Position numbers and translations under genes: made by a program. Below, piece after piece: positions 10,783 to 20,313 of a stretch of DNA of 64,000 nucleotides (position 1 is the stretch's first letter; each line of letters starts with the position of its first letter). Under the pieces are notes generated by a model. The model had not been told where the DNA came from. It did not search any database and saw only the letters and a list, made by a program, of their open reading frames with translations. This DNA is from a bacterium (GTDB lineage: Bacteria; Krumholzibacteriota; Krumholzibacteriia; G020349025): assembly GCA_031362565.1 (NCBI GenBank), contig JANLSU010000062.1, positions 22,281 to 86,280 on the forward strand, in the 5' to 3' direction.

Positions 10783-11586
10783 ATGGCCACGTCGTTGTCG
10801 AGCGTGAAGCCGATGCCAGCCGGCCGCACCGCGCGCCAGGGCGCCTGGTGGGCGCAATCCGCCGCGACGTTCGCCGGCCTCACGACGTTCGCCATCTACG
10901 CGACTTGGGCGGCGTTCCAGGGCAAGCACTATCACTTCGGCCCGTATCTTTCGCCGTTCTATTCGCCGGAGATTTTCGGGGATTCGCCGCACGCCCTGCT
11001 CGGCCCCAAGCCAGGCTGGTGGCCCACCTGGATGCCATTCTCGCCGGCGCTCTTGATTCTCTGGGCGCCGGGCGGCTTTCGATTCACGTGCTACTACTAT
11101 CGTGGCGCGTACTACAAAGCGTTCGTCCAGCATCCGGCGGCATGCGCGGTGCGGGAAGTGCACCGCAAGTATCGCGGCGAAACAGCCTTCCCGCTCGTCC
11201 TCCAGAATTTGCACCGGTATTTTCTGTACGTGGCATTGCCGTTCATCGTCATCCTGGCGATCGACGTATGGAAGGCGCTGTGGTTCGAAGATCCGGCAAC
11301 CGGCGCCAAGCACTTCGGCCTCGGACTCGGCACGCTGATCCTCGCCGCCAATGTCGTGCTTCTGAGCTGCTATGTTTTCAGCTGCCATTCGTTGCGGCAT
11401 CTGGTGGGCGGCCGGCTCGACCGGCTGGCGCGCATGCCGGTCCGCAAGCGCGCCTACGACTGCGTCAGTTGTCTCAACACGAATCACATGAAATTCGCGT
11501 GGCTCAGCTTGTTCTCGGTCGGCTTCTCGGACTTGTACGTCCGTCTTTGTTCCATGGGGATCTGGTCGGACTGGAGAATCCTGTGA
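10783..11586 (+). CDS. Succinate dehydrogenase membrane anchor, mycobacterial Sdh1 (Rv0249c)-like
   Basis: YLSPFYSP, FRFTCYYYRGAYYK, QNLHRYF, CHSLRH, HMKFAW motifs; stop overlaps the sdhA start (GTGA). Confidence 0.85.
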   Translation: MATSLSSVKPMPAGRTARQGAWWAQSAATFAGLTTFAIYATWAAFQGKHYHFGPYLSPFYSPEIFGDSPHALLGPKPGWWPTWMPFSPALLILWAPGGFRFTCYYYRGAYYKAFVQHPAACAVREVHRKYRGETAFPLVLQNLHRYFLYVALPFIVILAIDVWKALWFEDPATGAKHFGLGLGTLILAANVVLLSCYVFSCHSLRHLVGGRLDRLARMPVRKRAYDCVSCLNTNHMKFAWLSLFSVGFSDLYVRLCSMGIWSDWRIL

Positions 11587-13403
11587 GCGACCGCTTCGAG
11601 ACGCACGAGTACGACGTGTTGGTCGTAGGAGCCGGCGGCGCGGGGCTACGGGCCGCGATCGAAGCCGCATCCGGCAAAGCCCGCGTCGGGTTGGTGTGCA
11701 AGTCACTCCTCGGCAAAGCCCACACGGTAATGGCGGAGGGCGGCATTGCCGCGGCGCTTTCGAATGTCGATTCGCGCGACAACTGGCGGGTGCATTTCGC
11801 CGATACCATGCGCGGCGGACAGTATATGAACAACGCGCGTATGGCCGAGCTGCATGCCCAAGAAGCGCCCGACCGGGTGCGTGAACTCGAAGCGTGGGGT
11901 GCACTCTTCGACCGCACCCCGGACGGCCAGATCCTGCAACGCAACTTCGGCGGCCACCGCTATCCGCGCTTGGCGCACGTTGGCGATCGCACCGGCCTCG
12001 AGATGATCCGCACCCTCCAGGATCACGCCATTCACTGCGGGATGGAAGTGCACATGGAGCACACCGTCCTGGCGCTCTTGACCGACAGCGGGCGCATCGC
12101 GGGCGCGCTGGCCTACGAGCGCGAGCGCGGGCGGTTCAAGGTGTACCGCGCCGGCGCGGTGGTGCTGGCGACGGGCGGCATCGGGCGCGCGTATTCCGTG
12201 ACCAGCAATAGTTGGGAATACACCGGCGACGGCCAGTCGCTCGCCTACCGCGTCGGTGCCGAACTCATGGATATGGAGTTCGTGCAGTTTCATCCCACCG
12301 GAATGGTCTGGCCGCCGAGTGTGCGCGGCATTCTCGTGACCGAAGGCGTGCGCGGCGAAGGCGGCATCCTACGCAACAAGGATGGCCGGCGCTTCATGTT
12401 CGACGACATCCCCGAGGCGTACAAAACGCAAACGGCGGACACGGAAGAGGAAGGCTGGCGCTACACGCAGGGCGACAAGAATGCCCGGCGTCCGCCGGAG
12501 CTTCTGACCCGCGATCATGTCGCGCGCTGCATCGTGCGCGAGGTGCGCGAAGGCCGCGGCAGCCCGCATGGCGGCGTATTCCTCGACATTGCGTGGATCA
12601 AGGAACGGCTGCCGAAGGCCGCCGAACACATTCGCCGCAAACTGCCGAGCATGTACCACCAGTTCAAGGAACTGGCCGACATCGACATCACCAAGGAACC
12701 GATGGAAGTTGGTCCGACGACTCACTACACGATGGGCGGCGTGCGCGTCGACGCGGAGACACAAATGTCGAATGTGCCCGGGCTCTTCGCGGCGGGTGAA
12801 TGCGCCGCCGGACTGCACGGCGCCAACCGTCTGGGTGGGAATTCGCTGTCGGATCTGCTCGTCTTCGGCAAGCGCGCCGGCGAATTCGCGGCGCAGTTCG
12901 CCGGCAAGAACGGCCGCGCGACGGTCGATGAACGCCAAGTCGATGCGGCGATGCAGAACGCGCTCGGCTTCTTTGAACGCACCGGCAAGCAAGCGGCGGA
13001 GGCCTATCAGATTCAAGCCGATCTGCAGTCCATGATGCAGGACTTGGTCGGCATCGTGCGAGTGGAGGCCGAGATGGCGCGGGCGCTCGACGGGCTGGGC
13101 GCATTGCGGGCCCGGGCGGAACAGGTTTCGGTCGTGGGCAACCGGGAGTACAACCCCGGCTGGCACACGGCAATTGATCTCGACAACATGCTCAATGTTT
13201 CGGAAGCCATCACGCGTGCGGCGATCGAACGGCGCGAGAGCCGCGGGGCGCAGTTCCGCGCCGACTTCACGGAGAAGAGCGCCGAGATGGGTTCCTTCAA
13301 CATTGTTGTCAAGAAGGATGGCAGTGGCGGCATGAACCTCCGGCGCGAGCCGGTACGGCCGCTGCCGGCGGAACTCGCCCAAATCGTCGAGGAGATGCGA
13401 TGA
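11583..13403 (+). CDS. sdhA: Succinate dehydrogenase/fumarate reductase flavoprotein subunit
   Basis: GAGGAGLRAA, HTVMAEGG (FAD-His), QFHPTG, TEGVRGEGG, HYTMGG, HGANRLGGNSL, ESRGA; GTG start at 11583. Confidence 0.95.
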   Translation: MSDRFETHEYDVLVVGAGGAGLRAAIEAASGKARVGLVCKSLLGKAHTVMAEGGIAAALSNVDSRDNWRVHFADTMRGGQYMNNARMAELHAQEAPDRVRELEAWGALFDRTPDGQILQRNFGGHRYPRLAHVGDRTGLEMIRTLQDHAIHCGMEVHMEHTVLALLTDSGRIAGALAYERERGRFKVYRAGAVVLATGGIGRAYSVTSNSWEYTGDGQSLAYRVGAELMDMEFVQFHPTGMVWPPSVRGILVTEGVRGEGGILRNKDGRRFMFDDIPEAYKTQTADTEEEGWRYTQGDKNARRPPELLTRDHVARCIVREVREGRGSPHGGVFLDIAWIKERLPKAAEHIRRKLPSMYHQFKELADIDITKEPMEVGPTTHYTMGGVRVDAETQMSNVPGLFAAGECAAGLHGANRLGGNSLSDLLVFGKRAGEFAAQFAGKNGRATVDERQVDAAMQNALGFFERTGKQAAEAYQIQADLQSMMQDLVGIVRVEAEMARALDGLGALRARAEQVSVVGNREYNPGWHTAIDLDNMLNVSEAITRAAIERRESRGAQFRADFTEKSAEMGSFNIVVKKDGSGGMNLRREPVRPLPAELAQIVEEMR

Positions 13404-14146
13404 GCACGGCCACCTTCAGCGTCTGGCGTGGCGATGCAGCGGGCGGTGCGTTCCGCGACTATACGACCGAGGTGTCGGAAGGCATGGTGGTCCTGGACGC
13501 GATGCATCGCATCCAAGCCGACCAAGCCAACGACCTCGCCCTGCGATGGAACTGCAAAGCGGGCAAGTGCGGTTCCTGCTCGGCGGAAGTAAACGGCGTG
13601 CCGCGTCTCATGTGCATGACGCGCCTGAACGACCTCGAGCTCGACCGGCCGGTGGTCGTCGAACCGATGCGGGCGTTTCCGTCCATTCGCGACTTGGTCA
13701 CCGACGTGTCGTGGAACTATCGGGTCAAGATGTCGATCCGCAAGTTTGCCCCGCGCCCTCCGGATGCCGCCGACGGCACGTGGCGCATGGCCCAAGCCGA
13801 CGCGGACCGCGTGCAGGAGTTTCGCAAGTGCATCGAGTGCTTCCTTTGTCAGGACGTCTGTCACGTGGTGCGTGACCACCAACTGCAGGACAAGTTCATC
13901 GGCCCACGTTTTCTCGTCTACGCCGCGGCGCTCGAAATGCACCCGCTGGACAACGAGAACCGTACCGGCGACCTACGGACCCAGCACGGCATCGGCTATT
14001 GCAATATCACCAAGTGCTGTACGACCGTTTGTCCCGAGAACATTCATATCACGGACAACGCCATCATTCCGCTCAAGGAACGCGTCGCCGATGAAGCGTA
14101 CGACCCTCTGAAGAAGGTGTGGCGCATTCTGACGCGCAGCCAGTAA
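13400..14146 (+). CDS. sdhB: Succinate dehydrogenase iron-sulfur subunit
   Basis: CKAGKCGSC...C, CIECFLCQDVC, CNITKCCTTVCP; ATGA overlap with sdhA. Confidence 0.95.
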   Translation: MSTATFSVWRGDAAGGAFRDYTTEVSEGMVVLDAMHRIQADQANDLALRWNCKAGKCGSCSAEVNGVPRLMCMTRLNDLELDRPVVVEPMRAFPSIRDLVTDVSWNYRVKMSIRKFAPRPPDAADGTWRMAQADADRVQEFRKCIECFLCQDVCHVVRDHQLQDKFIGPRFLVYAAALEMHPLDNENRTGDLRTQHGIGYCNITKCCTTVCPENIHITDNAIIPLKERVADEAYDPLKKVWRILTRSQ

Positions 14147-14177
14147 TCTTGGAGCCGGCGGGCCAAAAGGGGCACCC

Positions 14178-14675
14178 GTGTTCGAGCTGAAGCCGTTGTC
14201 GAAAGGCGCCGTTCCCGCGGCGCTCGAAAAAGCCGAACGCTACCGGCTTTTGAACGAAGCTGCCGAGGCAGAGAGCATCTGCCGCGATGTGCTGCGAGTC
14301 GAATCCGAATCCCAACCCGCGCTCATCTTGCTCTTGCTGGCTCTCACCGATCAATTCGGACGCGGCCTGCCGCATGTCACCGCCCAAGCCCTGGCGCTGG
14401 TTCCGCAGTTGAAGAGCGAGTACGACCGCGCCTACTATGCGGGCATCATTTGCGAACGCCGCGCCAAAGCCCAGCTCCGCCATGGCGGTCCCGGGACGAG
14501 CGCCTACGCGTATCACGAACTACGCGAAGCGATGCAAGCCTTTGAGCGCGCCGAAGCCATTCGTCCGCCCGGCCACGACGACGCAATTCTGCGCTGGAAC
14601 ACCTGTGCCCGGCTCATCCTCGACCGGCATCTCGAGCCGGCTTTCGATGACGGTTCTGAGCCGACGCTCGAATAG
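14178..14675 (+). CDS. Helical (TPR-like) hypothetical protein at the end of the sdh operon
   Basis: Well-formed 165-aa ORF 31 nt after sdhB; ALEKAERYRLLNE..AESIC, DAILRWNTCAR. Confidence 0.75.
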   Translation: MFELKPLSKGAVPAALEKAERYRLLNEAAEAESICRDVLRVESESQPALILLLLALTDQFGRGLPHVTAQALALVPQLKSEYDRAYYAGIICERRAKAQLRHGGPGTSAYAYHELREAMQAFERAEAIRPPGHDDAILRWNTCARLILDRHLEPAFDDGSEPTLE

Positions 14676-14815
14676 CGCCGCCGATTGCGGGATCCACAGC
14701 CGACCTGAGACGTCCGGATCCACTGTGTCCTTTGGATGCAGGTTCGGCGCCGGCACAACTTCGGCATTGCAGCAGTAGTTGCAACGACGCGAACGACTTG
14801 CGCTCGCCTGGACGG

Positions 14816-14831
14816 TGGCATGGCCGCTGCA
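14816..14831 (+). promoter_or_regulatory. Putative sigma-54 (-24/-12) promoter of qNor
   Basis: TGGCATGGCCGCTGCA = GG-N10-GC, ending 45 nt upstream of the qNor ATG. Confidence 0.5.
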
Positions 14832-14876
14832 ATGGCGACGCAGGCGTAGATTCTTCGGGACCAAAGGAGACCGACC

Positions 14877-17108
14877 ATGAAGCGGCTCTGGATCGCGTTG
14901 CTTGTCGTCGCCGTGTTCGGATTCGCCGTGCTCGGTTGGTTGGGCACCCGCATCTATCAAGAAATGCCACCGATCCCAGAGCGTGTCGTGTCCAGCGACG
15001 GCCGGGTGGTCTTTGCGGACGGTGAAATCGCCCGCGGTCAAAACGTTTGGCAGACGATGGGCGGCATGGAGGTTGGATCGATTTGGGGCCATGGCGCCTA
15101 CGTCGCACCCGATTGGACGGCAGATTGGCTGCACCGCGAGTGCCTGCACGTTCTTGACACGTGGTCCATGGCGGAGGCTTCGAAAGCCTACGACGCCATC
15201 GGCCCCGAAGAGCAGGCGGCGTTACGCGAGCGGCTGCGCCGCGTCATGCGTACCAACCAATACGATCCGGGGACCAAAACCCTGACGATCGATGCCGCGC
15301 GGGCCGCGGCCTTCGATGCGAATGAGGCCTACTACGCCGGTATTTTCAGTGCCGGCAACGCCGCATACGCGATCCCTGCAGGCGCGCTGACCGATCCAGC
15401 GCGCTTGCGGCAATTGAGCGCCTTCTTCTTTTGGACCGCCTGGGCTTCGGCGGCGAATCGTACGAACGCCACGATCAGCTACACCAGCAACTGGCCGCAC
15501 GAGCCACTCGTCGGCAACACGCCGACCGGCGAGGCGGTGGTCTGGACCGGCGTCAGCATCCTGATGCTCTTGGCGAGCATCGGTGCGTTCGTCTGGTACT
15601 ACGCCGCCCAACCCCCCGAGGCCCCGATGGCGATGGTGCCAGCCACCGATCCCATCCTCGGCTGGAAGGCCACCGCCTCTCAGGCCGCGACGCTCAAGTA
15701 CTTCGTCGTCGTCGCGGGGCTCTTCTTGCTGCAGATCTTGACCGGCGCGATCACGGCGCATTACGGCGTCGAAGGCGATGCGCTCTACGGGATTCCATTG
15801 TCGCGCTGGTTGCCGTACAGCGTCACCCGCACCTGGCATTTGCAACTTGGCCTGTTCTGGATCGCCACATCCTGGCTCGCCGCCGGGTTGTTCATCGGTC
15901 CGCTCGTGAGCGGCAAGGAGCCGCGCGGGCAGCGCTTCGGGGTGAACGCGCTGTTCGTGGCGCTCGTGCTGGTGGTCGTCGGGTCGCTGACGGGCGAATA
16001 CCTCAGCATTCACAACCGGATGTCGGATGCGACGGCTTTTTACTTGGGCCATCAGGGTTACGAGTACGTCGACCTCGGAAGAGTCTGGCAAATCGGTCTC
16101 TTCGTCGGGCTCCTGCTCTGGCTCTTCCTCATGTTGCGGGCGATTGGCCCGGCGCTCCGCGAACGGGGCGACCACCGGCAACTCGTGCTCATCTTCACGC
16201 TGTCGGCGGGCGCGATCGCGCTCTTCTACGGCGCCGGCCTCATGTGGGGGCGGCACACGCATCTCAGCATGGTCGAGTACTGGCGTTGGTGGGTCGTGCA
16301 TCTGTGGGTAGAAGGCTTCTTCGAGGTCTTCGCGACCGTCGTCATCGCCTTCTTGTTCGCCAAGTTGCAGCTCATCCGGCCAAAGCTCGCGGCCGAGACG
16401 TCGCTCATGGCGGCGGTCATCTATTTGGGCGGTGGAATCATCGGCACGAACCATCACCTGTATTTCTCGGGTACGCCGACCGCGGTATTGGCCTGGGGTG
16501 CGACGTTCAGCGCCCTCGAAGTGGTGCCGCTCGTGCTCGTCGGCTATGCGGCGATGAAGGACCTGCGGACCTCGCGTGCGGCGAGTTGGGCCGTCAAGTA
16601 CAAGTGGCCGGTCTATTTCTTCATCGCGGTGGCGTTCTGGAACCTGGTTGGCGCGGGACTGTTCGGTTTCATGATCAACCCGCCGATCGCGCTCTACTAC
16701 ATGCAAGGCTTGAACACGACTCCGGTGCACGCGCACGGTGCCTTGTTCGGCGTCTACGGCATGCTGGGGCTCGGACTCACACTCATGTGCCTGCGGGCGC
16801 TCATGGCCGATCGAGATTGGAAGGAAGGGCTGCTCAAATTCTCCTTCTGGGCCATGAACATCGGCCTCATGTTGCAGATCCTCCTGAGCCTCCTGCCGGT
16901 TGGGTTGCTGCAAACGTGGGCTTCGGTGCAGAAGGGTTACTGGTATGCTCGCAGCCCGGAGTTCCTGGGCACGCCCCTTTTGCAGACGTTGCGGTGGCTG
17001 CGGGTCCCCGGCGACACCGTGTTTGCGATCGGCGCGATCGCGATCGTCCTGTTCATCTTCGGGCTCAAGTTCGGGTTCTCGGTCACGAAGCGGGACGCAG
17101 CGCGATAG
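14877..17108 (+). CDS. norB: Quinol-dependent nitric oxide reductase (qNor, single subunit; NorZ type)
   Basis: GSIWGHGAYVAPDWTADWLH, YTSNWPHEPL, WWVVHLWVEGFFEVF, GTNHHLYF, HAHGALFGVYG; SD AGGAG. Confidence 0.95.
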   Translation: MKRLWIALLVVAVFGFAVLGWLGTRIYQEMPPIPERVVSSDGRVVFADGEIARGQNVWQTMGGMEVGSIWGHGAYVAPDWTADWLHRECLHVLDTWSMAEASKAYDAIGPEEQAALRERLRRVMRTNQYDPGTKTLTIDAARAAAFDANEAYYAGIFSAGNAAYAIPAGALTDPARLRQLSAFFFWTAWASAANRTNATISYTSNWPHEPLVGNTPTGEAVVWTGVSILMLLASIGAFVWYYAAQPPEAPMAMVPATDPILGWKATASQAATLKYFVVVAGLFLLQILTGAITAHYGVEGDALYGIPLSRWLPYSVTRTWHLQLGLFWIATSWLAAGLFIGPLVSGKEPRGQRFGVNALFVALVLVVVGSLTGEYLSIHNRMSDATAFYLGHQGYEYVDLGRVWQIGLFVGLLLWLFLMLRAIGPALRERGDHRQLVLIFTLSAGAIALFYGAGLMWGRHTHLSMVEYWRWWVVHLWVEGFFEVFATVVIAFLFAKLQLIRPKLAAETSLMAAVIYLGGGIIGTNHHLYFSGTPTAVLAWGATFSALEVVPLVLVGYAAMKDLRTSRAASWAVKYKWPVYFFIAVAFWNLVGAGLFGFMINPPIALYYMQGLNTTPVHAHGALFGVYGMLGLGLTLMCLRALMADRDWKEGLLKFSFWAMNIGLMLQILLSLLPVGLLQTWASVQKGYWYARSPEFLGTPLLQTLRWLRVPGDTVFAIGAIAIVLFIFGLKFGFSVTKRDAAR

Positions 17109-17165
17109 CGAACGGCGACGGCACCGCCGCATCATGATGCGGGCCGGTCAACAAGGAGGCGGCAG

Positions 17166-17648
17166 ATGAATCGAGAAATACGCGCCTACGACTATGTGAA
17201 TCATCGCTACGCCCTCGTGCGCGACATCCTGAGCGCCGATCCGGAGGGCGTGTTGCGGGCCGCCACCATGGCGGCGACGTCGCGGGCTCAGGCCGTGGCG
17301 GCGAAGCTGCGCGTCGATGTCGGTGGACTGCAAGTTGGGGCCGAGATCGCACCGTCGATCGGCGAAATCGAAGAATCGGGATCCGGGAACAACGACCTCG
17401 TGACACGAATCCCGATCGCGTGGGGGGCCGCTCATCAGGCGCGACTGTTCCCATTCATGAGCGCCGTCCTATCGATCTATCCACTCACCGCAACGGAAAC
17501 CCAGTTGGACTTCCAAGGCACCTACGAACCGCCACTGGGCCTGGTCGGCGCCGCCATCGACTCGATGCTCGGCCATCGAATCGCGGAAGCCTCAGTGCAC
17601 ACGTTCATCGCCGACGTGGCGCAGTACCTGCGGACGGAGTTGGCCTGA
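17166..17648 (+). CDS. Hypothetical protein, possibly SRPBCC/helix-grip-like, co-oriented with qNor
   Basis: SD AGGAGG; 160 aa; LFP, GTYEPPLGLVGAAID, HRIAEAS. Confidence 0.7.
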   Translation: MNREIRAYDYVNHRYALVRDILSADPEGVLRAATMAATSRAQAVAAKLRVDVGGLQVGAEIAPSIGEIEESGSGNNDLVTRIPIAWGAAHQARLFPFMSAVLSIYPLTATETQLDFQGTYEPPLGLVGAAIDSMLGHRIAEASVHTFIADVAQYLRTELA

Positions 17649-17686
17649 AACCCGGATCGGAACGATCGCTGGGCTGCCCCAGAACG

Positions 17687-17986
17687 TCATCGACTCGACT
17701 CGCGCTCTTCGAGAAGGGCCGCGAGGACGCCGGCGCCCGTGCCTGGCGGGGCGATGTTCAGCAGTTCCCGTGGCAATGGGCGGCTCGGCCCACGCACGAC
17801 CTCGTCCCTCTGGAGTGCCGCCAGCCGCTCGCCGTCGGGACCCGCGCCACCGCCGCCGGTCTTCACTGGGATGATCTCGGCGATTGGTTTGTCGCGATCA
17901 AGCACTAGAACGTGCCCGCCAGCACGGACATGGTCGAGAAATTCGCTCAGCCGATTTCGCAGTTGGGACATCACGGTTTTTTTCAT
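17687..17986 (-). CDS. Phd/YefM-family antitoxin with no adjacent toxin
   Basis: [40 protein letters not shown]. Confidence 0.85.
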   Translation of the reverse strand: MKKTVMSQLRNRLSEFLDHVRAGGHVLVLDRDKPIAEIIPVKTGGGGAGPDGERLAALQRDEVVRGPSRPLPRELLNIAPPGTGAGVLAALLEERESSR

Positions 17987-18054
17987 ATAACCATTATGGC
18001 GTCATCGAGGATGGGTGCCAAGTGCGGCGGCGTTTTGGGGAGGTACCGGAATCC

Positions 18055-19134
18055 ATGGATCTGTCCAACATCGCGCGGGCTCGAATCATGGAACACAAGA
18101 TGGCCGCGGATCCGACGTACCGGAAGCGGGTCACGGCGAGCGGCCGGCCGACTCTCTCGAAAATTCGACAGCTTGCCGACGAAGAGCTCGTCGAGACTCT
18201 GTCGAAGCTCGGCCTGGAGTTCCGCAGAGAGGACTTTGGTCGGCTCGCAAGCTCGTTCGCGTCGGCGGAGGAACTGGCCGAGCAGATGTTCCGGACGCAC
18301 CTTCCCGACCTTCGGGACTGGGGCCAAGACAGGCTTTGGATGGGTCTCGCGGTCCTCTGGGAGCGCTGGCTCCCCCAACGACCGTCGTTCGAGATGATCG
18401 AAGAGTGGATGTATGCGGGCCGTGTGCTCGCGGGAAAAGGCCGCGACCCCGTTGGTGCATGCGAGAAGTGGCTCGGCGTGTGGTCGGCGGTTCAGCAGAT
18501 CATGGATTCACAGCGCATGGGTTCGATCGAGGAATTCGACGAGAAATACCGCGGAACAGACTGCGTTATCGACTGCCTACAAGACTTAGAAGCTGAGCTG
18601 TGGAACGCCGGGCTCGACGACAATCGCTACTGGGAGCGAGGGATCGAATTCGCGACGCAGTATCTAGCGCGTTTCGTCGACGCGGACCGTCTCATCACAG
18701 AGAATATGCGGCGGGCCCTCGCCACTTTCCACGCGGCTCTCGGTCGCCGGGAGCGGACGGACGCACTCTTCCGTCAGTGGCTGCAGTTAGACCCCAGTTG
18801 GGGATGGGGATGGATCGGTTGGTCCGACTGCTACTCCTTCGCCCGAGAAGATCGCGATCCCGCAAAGGCGGAGCGAATCCTTCTCGACGGGCTCGGCGTG
18901 ACCGATGTCCAGGACCGGGTCGAGCTTCTCGATCGGCTTGTGAGCCTCTACATGGACCAGGGTCGCGAACGGGAAGCTGCGGAAGTGCACTCGCAGACGC
19001 ATGCACTTCAACGCCGGAGCGACCGCGAGGCGTTTCGACGAACTACACCGGCACAGAGCACGAAGGTCGGTCGGAACGTGCCCTGTCCGTGCGGAAGCGG
19101 GAAGAAGTACAAAAAGTGCTGCGGGTCCGTGTAG
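18055..19134 (+). CDS. Helical protein with C-terminal SEC-C metal-binding motif
   Basis: C-terminus [40 protein letters not shown] before ATG 18055. Confidence 0.8.
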   Translation: MDLSNIARARIMEHKMAADPTYRKRVTASGRPTLSKIRQLADEELVETLSKLGLEFRREDFGRLASSFASAEELAEQMFRTHLPDLRDWGQDRLWMGLAVLWERWLPQRPSFEMIEEWMYAGRVLAGKGRDPVGACEKWLGVWSAVQQIMDSQRMGSIEEFDEKYRGTDCVIDCLQDLEAELWNAGLDDNRYWERGIEFATQYLARFVDADRLITENMRRALATFHAALGRRERTDALFRQWLQLDPSWGWGWIGWSDCYSFAREDRDPAKAERILLDGLGVTDVQDRVELLDRLVSLYMDQGREREAAEVHSQTHALQRRSDREAFRRTTPAQSTKVGRNVPCPCGSGKKYKKCCGSV

Positions 19135-19281
19135 TAGAGGAGGCCTCGGAATATGGCCCCGGGGGCAGCCGACGATGCCCTAGACGCCCCGTTCCGTGGA
19201 GCTCGGCAGCCGTCATGCGGGACGATAGAGAACGTTGAGACACGCTTGGGGCTCGCCGCGGAACCGGGGCTCGCGTCCTGA

Positions 19282-19332
19282 TTGACAGCAGCTTCGTGGA
19301 GTCATATTATATGACTAGTCATATTTTATGAC
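19282..19332 (+). promoter_or_regulatory. Sigma-70 promoter with tandem palindromic operators of the phd-vapC operon
   Basis: TTGACA(19282-87)-N17-TATTAT(19305-10); GTCATATTATATGAC (19301-15) and GTCATATTTTATGAC (19318-32). Confidence 0.85.
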
Positions 19333-19345
19333 CTAAGGAGTCTCC

Positions 19346-19570
19346 ATGAAGAGAATCGGCGCCGCGGAGTTCAAGGCCCACTGCCTTTCGCTGTTGGAAA
19401 AGTTGACTCCCGAGGGCCTCATCGTTACCAAACATGGGAAACCGGTGGCGCGCGTGATCCCCTACCCGACCCCGTCGGGCCAGCTCATCGGATCGCTGCG
19501 GGAGAAAATCGAAATCCACGGGGACATCCTCTCGACGGGAGTCGCTTGGGATGCCGATGCTCAATCTTGA
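19346..19570 (+). CDS. Phd/YefM-family antitoxin
   Basis: IGAAEFKAHCLSLLE..IVTKHGKPVARVIP; SD AAGGAG; overlaps the PIN toxin gene. Confidence 0.9.
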   Translation: MKRIGAAEFKAHCLSLLEKLTPEGLIVTKHGKPVARVIPYPTPSGQLIGSLREKIEIHGDILSTGVAWDADAQS

Positions 19571-19919
19571 CACACACATCCTGATTCACGCGCTCAAGGG
19601 CGAAGTGAGCGCGCGCGAGCGCGCCCTTCTCGCCGCAGGCTCGTGGGGTGTCGCCGCCATCGCTCTGTGGGAGATCGCCAAGCTGATCCAACTGGGACGG
19701 ATCACTCTCGACCTCGATGACCCAGAAGTCTCCCGCACTCTGGCCGGTATTCACGTTTGGCCGCTGGATCTGGCTGTGGCGCGAGCGTCGACGCGTCTTG
19801 ATTTCCGTGGAGATCCTGCCGATGAAATGATCGCCGCAACCAGCCTCGTCCATGCCGTTCCACTGCTGACCCGGGATCGGCGTATTCGGCGTTCGAAAAT
19901 CGTCCCCCTCGCGAAGTGA
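19551..19919 (+). CDS. vapC: PIN-domain VapC toxin
   Basis: LDTHILI, LWEIAKL, DPADEMIAAT, LLTRD acidic PIN residues. Confidence 0.9.
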   Translation: MPMLNLDTHILIHALKGEVSARERALLAAGSWGVAAIALWEIAKLIQLGRITLDLDDPEVSRTLAGIHVWPLDLAVARASTRLDFRGDPADEMIAATSLVHAVPLLTRDRRIRRSKIVPLAK

Positions 19920-19967
19920 TGCCGCGCCCGGCGGCTCGCGCCCGGCGCCATACTGGCGTTATCGTGT

Positions 19968-20219
19968 TCACTCGCGCTCCTGCTCAAGCGCCGGATCTTT
20001 ATACTTATCGCCCGGCTCGATGCGGATGCGGATGCGTTTTGGCGAGTAGCGCGAGGTCTGCGGACCATAGTGCATGAGCACAAGGTCGAGGAACTCGGCG
20101 AAGGCGGCAATTTCACCGTCCTCCTTCTCCTGGTAGACGATTTCTTCCGCAGGCTCCTCGTCGCCTGGTTCGACGCGCAGGATGACGCCATTGCTTGCAT
20201 ATCGTATTTCGAACTTCAT
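19968..20219 (-). CDS. Small acidic hypothetical protein (83 aa)
   Basis: MKFEIRYASNGVILRVE...IRIEPGDKY; SD GGGGAGGG upstream of ATG 20219. Confidence 0.6.
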   Translation of the reverse strand: MKFEIRYASNGVILRVEPGDEEPAEEIVYQEKEDGEIAAFAEFLDLVLMHYGPQTSRYSPKRIRIRIEPGDKYKDPALEQERE

Positions 20220-20313
20220 CGAGCGGCCCTCCCCCGGAGGTTCGCAATCTTGGCACCGTGTTGACAGGAGATCCGGTAAGGCGTAACGAAGTAAACTAGG
20301 AAAGGGGGTCCCT

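Noticed and set aside
10779..11582. N-terminal extension of the 874-aa sdhA ORF
   Set aside because: Shadow frame over the anchor gene; flavoprotein motifs start at GTG 11583.
14877..17108. Nitric oxide dismutase (NOD) interpretation of the qNor-like gene
   Set aside because: Canonical HLWVEGFFE and HH motifs are intact, as in ordinary qNor.
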